Origin: Eledone cirrhosa
Taxonomy: Eukaryota
DNA length: 64,000 nucleotides
Direction of reading: 5' to 3'
NCBI GenBank assembly: GCA_964016885.1
Contig: OZ024743.1
Location: 183,706,001-183,770,000 of the forward strand
Part shown: positions 53,201-64,000 of the stretch, piece by piece
How positions within the stretch are numbered: position 1 is the stretch's first letter
Layout of the letters: each line of letters begins with the position of its first letter
Translations under genes and position numbers: made by a program
Notes under the pieces: model-generated
Told to the model about the DNA's origin: nothing
The model's database searches: none
The model's input: only the letters and a program-made list of their open reading frames with translations

Positions 53201-56200
53201 TATAACAAGATATACCTAGTGTCTATAACAATACATGCCTAGTGTCTATAACAAGACATACCTAGTGTTTTTGACAAGACATACCTAGTGTCTATAACAA
53301 TACATGCCTAGTGTTTTTGACAAGACATACCTAGTGTCTATAACAAGACATACCTAGTGTCTATAACAAGACATACCTAGTGTCTATAACAAGACATAGC
53401 TAGTGTCTATAACAAGACATACCTAGTGTCTATAACAAGTCATACCTAGTGTCTACAACAAGACATACCTAGTGTCTATAACAAGACATACCTAGTGTCT
53501 ATAACAAGACATACCTAGTGTCTACAACAAGACATACCTAGTGTCTACAACAAGACATACCTAGTGTCTATAACAAGATATACCTAGTGCCTATAACAAG
53601 ATATACCTAGTGTCTATAACAAGACATACCTAGTGTCTATAAACAAGATATACCTAGTGTCTATAACACGACATACCTAGTGTCTATAACAAGATATACC
53701 TAGTGTCTATAACAAGACATACCTAGTGTCTATAACAAGATATACCTAGTGTCTATAACAAGATATACCTAGTGTCTATTATAGGATATACCTAGTGTCT
53801 ATAACAAGACATACCTAGTGTCTATAACAAGATATACCTAGTGTCTATAACAATACATACCTAGTGTCTATAACAAGACATACCTAGTGTCTACAACAAG
53901 ACATACCTAGTGTCTATAACAAGACATACCTAGTGTCTATAACAAGACATACCTAGTGTCTATAACAAGATATACCTAGTGCCTATAACAATATATACCT
54001 AGTGTCTATAACAAGACATGCCTAGTGTCTATAACAAGATATACCTAGTGTCTATAACAAGACATGCCTAGTGTCTATAACAAGATATACCTAGTGTCTA
54101 TAACAAGACATACCTAGTGTCTATAACAAGATATACCTAGTGTCTATAACAAGATATACCTAGTGTCTATTATAGGATATACCTAGTGTCTATAACAAGA
54201 TATACCTAGTGTCTATAACAAGACGTACTTAGTGTCTATAACAAGACATACCTAGTGTCTATAACAAGATATACCTAGTGTCTATAACAAGATATACCTA
54301 GTATCTATAACAAGATGTACCTAGTGTCTATAACAAGACATACCTAGTGTCTATAACAAGACATACCTAGTGTCTATAACAAGACATACCTAGTGTCTAT
54401 AACAAGATATACCTAGTGCCTATAACAATATATACCTAGTGTCTATAACAAGACATACCTAGTGTCTATAACAAGACATACCTAGTGTCTATAACGAGAT
54501 ATACCTAGTGCCTATAACAAGATATACCTAGTGTCTATAACAAGACATGCCTAGTGTCTATAACAAGATATACCTAGAGTCTATAACAAGACATGCCTAG
54601 TGTCTATAACAAGACATACCTAGTGTCTATAAACAAGATATACCTAGTGTCTATAACACGACATACCTAGTGTCTATAACAAGATATACCTAGTGTCTAT
54701 AACAAGACATACCTAGTGTCTATAACAAGATATACCTAGTGTCTATAACAAGATATACCTAGTGTCTATTATAGGATATACCTAGTGTCTATAACAAGAT
54801 ATACCTAGTGTCTATTATAGGATATACCTAGTGTCTATAACAAGACATACCTAGTGTCTATAACAAGATATACCTAGTGTCTATAACAATACAAACCTAG
54901 TGTCTATAACAAGACATACCTAGTGTTTTTGACAAGACATACCTAGTGTCTATAACAATACATGCCTAGTGTTTTTGACAAGACATACCTAGTGTCTATA
55001 ACAAGACATACCTAGTGTCTATAACAAGACATACCTAGTGTCTATAACAAGACATAGCTAGTGTCTATAACAAGACATACCTAGTGTCTACAACAAGACA
55101 TACCTAGTGTCTATAACAAGACATACCTAGTGTCTATAACAAGACATACCTAGTGTCTATAACAAGACATACCTAGTGTCTATAACAAGATATACCTAGT
55201 GCCTGTAACAAGATATACCTAGTATCTATAACAAGACATGCCTAGTGTCTATAACAAGATATACCTAGTGTCTATAACAAGACATGCCTAGTGTCTATAA
55301 CAAGACATACCTAGTGTCTATAAACAAGATATACCTAGTGTCTATAACACGACATACCTAGTGTCTATAACAAGATATACCTAGTGTCTATAACAAGACA
55401 TACCTAGTGTCTATAACAAGATATACCTAGTGTCTATAAGAAGATATACCTAGTGTCTATTATAGGATATACCTAGTGTCTATAACAAGATATACCTAGT
55501 GTCTATAACAAGACGTACCTAGTGTCTATAACAAGACATACCTAGTGTCTATAACAAGACATACCTAGTGTCTATAACAAGACATACCTAGTGTCTATAA
55601 CTAGATATACCTAGTGTCTATAACAAGACATACCTAGAGTCTATAACAAGATATACCTAGTGTCTATAACAAGATATACCTAGTGTCTATAACAAGATAT
55701 ACCTAGTGTCTATAACAAGATATACCTAGTGTCTATAACAAGACATACCTAGTGTCTATACCAAGACATACCTAGTGTCTATAACAAGAGAAACCTAGTG
55801 TCTATAACAAGATATACCTAGTGTCTATAACAAGATATACCTAGTGTCTATAACAAGATATACCTAGTGTCTATGACAAGATATACCTAGTGTCTATAAC
55901 AAGACATACCTAGTGTCTATAACAAGATATACCTAGTGTCTATAACAAGACGTACCTAGTGTCTATAACAAGATGTACCTAGTGTCTATAACAAGATATA
56001 CCTAGTGTCTATAACAAGATATACCTAGTGTCTATAACAAGACATACCTAGTGTGTATAACAAGACATACCTAGTGTCTATAACAAGACATACCTAGTGT
56101 CTATAACAAGATATACCTAGTGTATATAACAAGATATACCTAGTGTCTATAACAAGATATACCTAGTGTCTATAACAAGACATACCTAGTGTCTATAACA

Positions 56201-59200
56201 AGATATACCTAGTGTCTATAACAAGATATACCTAGTGTCTATTATAGGATATACCTAGTGTCTATAACAAGACATACCTAGTGTCTATAACAAGATATAC
56301 CTAGTGTCTATAACAATACATACCTAGTGTCTATAACAAGACATACCTAGTGTCTACAACAAGACATACCTAGTGTCTATAACAAGACATACCTAGTGTC
56401 TATAACAAGACATACCTAGTGTCTATAACAAGACATACCTAGTGTCTATAACAAGATATACCTAGTGCCTATAACAATATATACCTAGTGTCTATAACAA
56501 GACATGCCTAGTGTCTATAACAAGATATACCTAGAGTCTATAACAAGACATGCCTAGTGTCTATAACAAGACATACCTAGTGTCTATAAACAAGATATAC
56601 CTAGTGTCTATAACACGACATACCTAGTGTCTATAACAAGATATACCTAGTGTCTATAACAAGACATACCTAGTGTCTATAACAAGATATACCTAGTGTC
56701 TATAACAAGATATACCTAGTGTCTATTATAGGATATACCTAGTGTCTATAACAAGATATACCTAGTGTCTATTATAGGATATACCTAGTGTCTATAACAA
56801 GACATACCTAGTGTCTATAACAAGATATACCTAGTGTCTATAACAATACAAACCTAGTGTCTATAACAAGACATACCTAGTGTTTTTGACAAGACATACC
56901 TAGTGTCTATAACAATACATGCCTAGTGTTTTTGACAAGACATACCTAGTGTCTATAACAAGACATACCTAGTGTCTATAACAAGACATACCTAGTGTAT
57001 ATAACAAGACATAGCTAGTGTCTATAACAAGACATACCTAGTGTCTATAACAAGACATACCTAGTGTCTACAACAAGACATACCTAGTGTCTATAACAAG
57101 ACATACCTAGTGTCTATAACAAGACATACCTAGTGTCTATAACAAGACATACCTAGTGTCTATAACAAGATATACCTAGTGCCTGTAACAAGATATACCT
57201 AGTGTCTATAACAAGACATGCCTAGTGTCTATAACAAGATATACCTAGTGTCTATAACAAGACATGCCTAGTGTCTATAACAAGACATACCTAGTGTCTA
57301 TAAACAAGATATACCTAGTGTCTATAACACGACATACCTAGTGTCTATAACAAGATATACCTAGTGTCTATAACAAGACATACCTAGTGTCTATAACAAG
57401 ATATACCTAGTGTCTATAACAAGATATACCTAGTGTCTATTATAGGATATACCTAGTGTCTATAACAAGATATACCTAGTGTCTATAACAAGACGTACCT
57501 AGTGTCTATAACAAGACATACCTAGTGTCTATAACAAGACATACCTAGTGTCTATAACAAGACATACCTAGTGTCTATAACTAGATATACCTAGTGTCTA
57601 TAACAAGACATACCTAGAGTCTATAACAAGATATACCTAGTGTCTATAACAAGATATACCTAGTGTCTATAACAAGATATACCTAGTGTCTATAACAAGA
57701 TATACCTAGTGTCTATAACAAGACGTACCTAGTGTCTATACCAAGACATACCTAGTGTCTATAACAAGAGAAACCTAGTGTCTATAACAAGATATACCTA
57801 GTGTCTATAACAAGATATACCTAGTGTCTATAACAAGATATACCTAGTGTCTATGACAAGATATACCTAGTGTCTATAACAAGACATACCTAGTGTCTAT
57901 AACAAGATATACCTAGTGTCTATAACAAGACGTACCTAGTGTCTATAACAAGATGTACCTAGTGTCTATAACAAGATATACCTAGTGTCTATAACAAGAT
58001 ATACCTAGTGTCTATAACAAGACATACCTAGTGTGTATAACAAGACATACCTAGTGTCTATAACAAGACATACCTAGTGTCTATAACAAGATATACCTAG
58101 TGTATATAACAAGATATACCTAGTGTCTATAACAAGATATACCTAGTGTCTATAACAAGACATACCTAGTGTCTATAACAAGATATACCTAGTGTCTATA
58201 ACAAGATATACCTAGTGTCTATTATAGGATATACCTAGTGTCTATAACAAGACATACCTAGTGTCTATAACAAGATATACCTAGTGTCTATAACAATACA
58301 TACCTAGTGTCTATAACAAGACATACCTAGTGTCTATAACAAGACATACCTAGTGTCTATAACTAGATATACCTAGTGTCTATAACAAGACATACCTAGA
58401 GTCTATAACAAGATATACCTAGTGTCTATAACAAGATATACCTAGTGTCTATAACAAGATATACCTAGTGTCTATAACAAGATATACCTAGTGTCTATAA
58501 CAAGACATACCTAGTGTCTATACCAAGACATACCTAGTGTCTATAACAAGAGAAACCTAGTGTCTATAACAAGATATACCTAGTGTCTATAACAAGATAT
58601 ACCTAGTGTCTATAACAAGATATACCTAGTGTCTATGACAAGATATACCTAGTGTCTATAACAAGACATACCTAGTGTCTATAACAAGATATACCTAGTG
58701 TCTATAACAAGACGTACCTAGTGTCTATAACAAGATGTACCTAGTGTCTATAACAAGATATACCTAGTGTCTATAACAAGATATACCTAGTGTCTATAAC
58801 AAGACATACCTAGTGTGTATAACAAGACATACCTAGTGTCTATAACAAGACATACCTAGTGTCTATAACAAGATATACCTAGTGTATATAACAAGATATA
58901 CCTAGTGTCTATAACAAGATATACCTAGTGTCTATAACAAGACATACCTAGTGTCTATAACAAGATATACCTAGTGTCTATAACAAGATATACCTAGTGT
59001 CTATTATAGGATATACCTAGTGTCTATAACAAGACATACCTAGTGTCTATAACAAGATATACCTAGTGTCTATAACAATACATACCTAGTGTCTATAACA
59101 AGACATACCTAGTGTCTACAACAAGACATACCTAGTGTCTATAACAAGACATACCTAGTGTCTATAACAAGACATACCTAGTGTCTATAACAAGACATAC

Positions 59201-62200
59201 CTAGTGTCTATAACAAGATATACCTAGTGCCTATAACAATATATACCTAGTGTCTATAACAAGACATGCCTAGTGTCTATAACAAGATATACCTAGAGTC
59301 TATAACAAGACATGCCTAGTGTCTATAACAAGACATACCTAGTGTCTATAAACAAGATATACCTAGTGTCTATAACACGACATACCTAGTGTCTATAACA
59401 AGATATACCTAGTGTCTATAACAAGACATACCTAGTGTCTATAACAAGATATACCTAGTGTCTATAACAAGATATACCTAGTGTCTATTATAGGATATAC
59501 CTAGTGTCTATAACAAGATATACCTAGTGTCTATTATAGGATATACCTAGTGTCTATAACAAGACATACCTAGTGTCTATAACAAGATATACCTAGTGTC
59601 TATAACAATACAAACCTAGTGTCTATAACAAGACATACCTAGTGTTTTTGACAAGACATACCTAGTGTCTATAACAATACATGCCTAGTGTTTTTGACAA
59701 GACATACCTAGTGTCTATAACAAGACATACCTAGTGTCTATAACAAGACATACCTAGTGTATATAACAAGACATAGCTAGTGTCTATAACAAGACATACC
59801 TAGTGTCTATAACAAGACATACCTAGTGTCTACAACAAGACATACCTAGTGTCTATAACAAGACATACCTAGTGTCTATAACAAGACATACCTAGTGTCT
59901 ATAACAAGACATACCTAGTGTCTATAACAAGATATACCTAGTGCCTATAACAAGATATACCTAGTGTCTATAACAAGACATGCCTAGTGTCTATAACAAG
60001 ATATACCTAGTGTCTATAACAAGACATGCCTAGTGTCTATAACAAGACATACCTAGTGTCTATAAACAAGATATACCTAGTGTCTATAACACGACATACC
60101 TAGTGTCTATAACAAGATATACCTAGTGTCTATAACAAGACATACCTAGTGTCTATAACAAGATATACCTAGTGTCTATAACAAGATATACCTAGTGTCT
60201 ATTATAGGATATACCTAGTGTCTATAACAAGATATACCTAGTGTCTATAACAAGACGTACCTAGTGTCTATAACAAGACATACCTAGTGTCTATAACAAG
60301 ACATACCTAGTGTCTATAACAAGACATACCTAGTGTCTATAACTAGATATACCTAGTGTCTATAACAAGACATACCTAGAGTCTATAACAAGATATACCT
60401 AGAGTCTATAACAAGATATACCTAGTGTCTATAACAAGATATACCTAGTGTCTATAACAAGATATACCTAGTGTCTATAACAAGACATACCTAGTGTCTA
60501 TACCAAGACATACCTAGTGTCTATAACAAGAGAAACCTAGTGTCTATAACAAGATATACCTAGTGTCTATAACAAGATATACCTAGTGTCTATAACAAGA
60601 TATACCTAGTGTCTATGACAAGATATACCTAGTGTCTATAACAAGACATACCTAGTGTCTATAACAAGATATACCTAGTGTCTATAACAAGACGTACCTA
60701 GTGTCTATAACAAGATGTACCTAGTGTCTATAACAAGATATACCTAGTGTCTATAACAAGATATACCTAGTGTCTATAACAAGACATACCTAGTGTGTAT
60801 AACAAGACATACCTAGTGTCTATAACAAGACATACCTAGTGTCTATAACAAGATATACCTAGTGTATATAACAAGATATACCTAGTGTCTATAACAAGAT
60901 ATACCTAGTGTCTATAACAAGACATACCTAGTGTCTATAACAAGATATACCTAGTGTCTATAACAAGATATACCTAGTGTCTATTATAGGATATACCTAG
61001 TGTCTATAACAAGACATACCTAGTGTCTATAACAAGATATACCTAGTGTCTATAACAATACATACCTAGTGTCTATAACAAGACATACCTAGTGTCTACA
61101 ACAAGACATACCTAGTGTCTATAACAAGACATACCTAGTGTCTATAACAAGACATACCTAGTGTCTATAACAAGACATACCTAGTGTCTATAACAAGATA
61201 TACCTAGTGCCTATAACAATATATACCTAGTGTCTATAACAAGACATGCCTAGTGTCTATAACAAGATATACCTAGAGTCTATAACAAGACATGCCTAGT
61301 GTCTATAACAAGACATACCTAGTGTCTATAAACAAGATATACCTAGTGTCTATAACACGACATACCTAGTGTCTATAACAAGATATACCTAGTGTCTATA
61401 ACAAGACATACCTAGTGTCTATAACAAGATATACCTAGTGTCTATAACAAGATATACCTAGTGTCTATTATAGGATATACCTAGTGTCTATAACAAGATA
61501 TACCAAGTGTCTATTATAGGATATACCTAGTGTCTATAACAAGACATACCTAGTGTCTATAACAAGATATACCTAGTGTCTATAACAATACAAACCTAGT
61601 GTCTATAACAAGACATACCTAGTGTTTTTGACAAGACATACCTAGTGTCTATAACAATACATGCCTAGTGTTTTTGACAAGACATACCGAGTGTCTATAA
61701 CAAGACATACCTAGTGTCTATAACAAGACATACCTAGTGTCTATAACAAGACATAGCTAGTGTCTATAACAAGACATACCTAGTGTCTATAACAAGACAT
61801 ACCTAGTGTCTACAACAAGACATACCTAGTGTCTATAACAAGACATACCTAGTGTCTATAACAAGACATACCTAGTGTCTATAACAAGACATACCTAGTG
61901 TCTATAACAAGATATACCTAGTGCCTGTAACAAGATATACCTAGTGTCTATAACAAGACATGCCTAGTGTCTATAACAAGATATACCTAGTGTCTATAAC
62001 AAGACATGCCTAGTGTCTATAACAAGACATACCTAGTGTCTATAAACAAGATATACCTAGTGTCTATAACACGACATACCTAGTGTCTATAACAAGATAT
62101 ACCTAGTGTCTATAACAAGACATACCTAGTGTCTATAACAAGATATACCTAGTGTCTATAACAAGATATACCTAGTGTCTATTATAGGATATACCTAGTG

Positions 62201-64000
62201 TCTATAACAAGATATACCTAGTGTCTATAACAAGACGTACCTAGTGTCTATAACAAGACATACCTAGTGTCTATAACAAGACATACCTAGTGTCTATAAC
62301 AAGACATACCTAGTGTCTATAACTAGATATACCTAGTGTCTATAACAAGACATACCTAGAGTCTATAACAAGATATACCTAGTGTCTATAACAAGATATA
62401 CCTAGTGTCTATAACAAGATATACCTAGTGTCTATAACAAGATATACCTAGTGTCTATAACAAGACATACCTAGTGTCTATACCAAGACATACCTAGTGT
62501 CTATCACAAGAGAAACCTAGTGTCTATAACAAGATATACCTAGTGTCTATAACAAGATATACCTAGTGTCTATAACAAGATATACCTAGTGTCTATGACA
62601 AGATATACCTAGTGTCTATAACAAGACATACCTAGTGTCTATAACAAGATATACCTAGTGTCTATAACAAGACGTACCTAGTGTCTATAACAAGATGTAC
62701 CTAGTGTCTATAACAAGATATACCTAGTGTCTATAACAAGATATACCTAGTGTCTATAACAAGACATACCTAGTGTGTATAACAAGACATACCTAGTGTC
62801 TATAACAAGACATACCTAGTGTCTATAACAAGATATACCTAGTGTATATAACAAGATATACCTAGTGTCTATAACAAGATATACCTAGTGTCTATAACAA
62901 GACATACCTAGTGTCTATAACAAGATATACCTAGTGTCTATAACAAGATATACCTAGTGTCTATTATAGGATATACCTAGTGTCTATAACAAGACATACC
63001 TAGTGTCTAGAACAAGATATACCTAGTGTCTATAACAATACATACCTAGTGTCTATAACAAGACATACCTAGTGTCTACAACAAGACATACCTAGTGTCT
63101 ATAACAAGACATACCTAGTGTCTATAACAAGACATACCTAGTGTCTATAACAAGACATACCTAGTGTCTATAACAAGACATACCTAGTGTCTATAACAAG
63201 ATATACCTAGTGCCTATAACAATATATACCTAGTGTCTATAACAAGACATGCCTAGTGTCTATAACAAGATATACCTAGTGTCTATAACAAGACATGCCT
63301 AGTGTCTATAACAAGATATACCTAGTGTCTATAACAAGACATACCTAGTGTCTATAACAAGATATACCTAGTGTCTATAACAAGATATACCTAGTGTCTA
63401 TAACAAGACATACCTAGTGTCTACAACAAGATATACCTAGTGTCTATAACAAGACGTACCTAGTGTCTATAACAAGACATACCTAGTGTCTATAACAAGA
63501 TATACCTAGTGTCTATAACAAGATATACCTAGTATCTATAACAAGATGTACCTCGTGTCTATAACAAGACATACCTAGTGTCTATAACAATACATACCTA
63601 GTGTCTATAACAAGACATACCTAGTGTCTATAACAAGACATACCTAGTGTCTATAACAAGACATACCTAGTGTCTATAACAAGACATACCTAGTGTCTAT
63701 AACAAGACATACCTAGTGTCTATAACAAGATATACCTAGTGCCTATAACAAGATATACCTAGTGTCTATAACAAGACATACCTAGTGTCTATAAACAAGA
63801 TATACCTAGTGTCTATAACACGACATACCTAGTGTCTATAACAAGATATACCTAGTGTCTATAACAAGACATACCTAGTGTCTATAACAAGACATCCTTA
63901 GTGTCTATAACAAGATATACCTAGTGTCTATTATAGGATATACCTAGTGTCTATAACAAGACATACCTAGTGTCTATAACAAGATATACCTAGTGTCTAT
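50221..64000. repeat. 23-bp satellite DNA (ACAAGAYATACCTAGTGTCTATA), about 600 monomers, with a 1,980-bp higher-order repeat; continues past the window end
   Basis: The monomer is directly visible. The rare variant pair 'tataccaaga...gagaaacc' occurs at 55761, 57741, 58523, 60503 and 62483, giving spacings of 1980, 782, 1980 and 1980 bp. Confidence 0.99.

Noticed and set aside
50221-64000. Telomeric repeat or CRISPR interpretation of the array
   Set aside because: No TTAGGG-type G-rich unit and no unique spacers; it is a head-to-tail 23-bp satellite.

Overview
This is AT-rich, repeat-dominated eukaryotic DNA. Cephalopod (octopus-like) origin is my inference from the SINE/RTE repertoire and the density of (TA)n/(TATG)n tracts. 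No intact host gene is evident, and most ORFs in the track are translated microsatellites or antisense readings of LINEs. Bases 1-50,200 are a nested mosaic of: (i) RTE-clade LINEs of a family carrying a PHD-like Cys4-His-Cys3 finger after the RT domain, including one near-full-length decayed copy and one young open-frame 3' copy; (ii) a second RTE/BovB-like family ending in three C2H2 zinc fingers; (iii) a Penelope (GIY-YIG) retroelement with a minimal hammerhead ribozyme in its pseudo-LTR; (iv) many tRNA-derived SINEs; (v) Tigger/pogo and piggyBac-type MITEs; (vi) many minisatellites, two of them clearly amplified from the LINE/SINE 3' UTR. From about 50,221 to the end lies an uninterrupted 23-bp satellite with a 1,980-bp (86-monomer) higher-order repeat. 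The main points of interest are the higher-order satellite, the hammerhead motifs, two twin-priming 5' inversions in RTE LINEs, an in-frame RTE-Penelope fusion, an RT-deleted in-frame LINE derivative, and a LINE whose 3' UTR resembles a captured SINE body. A speculative chain of phase-compatible minus-strand micro-exons is also noted. All calls were made by eye with no database searches.
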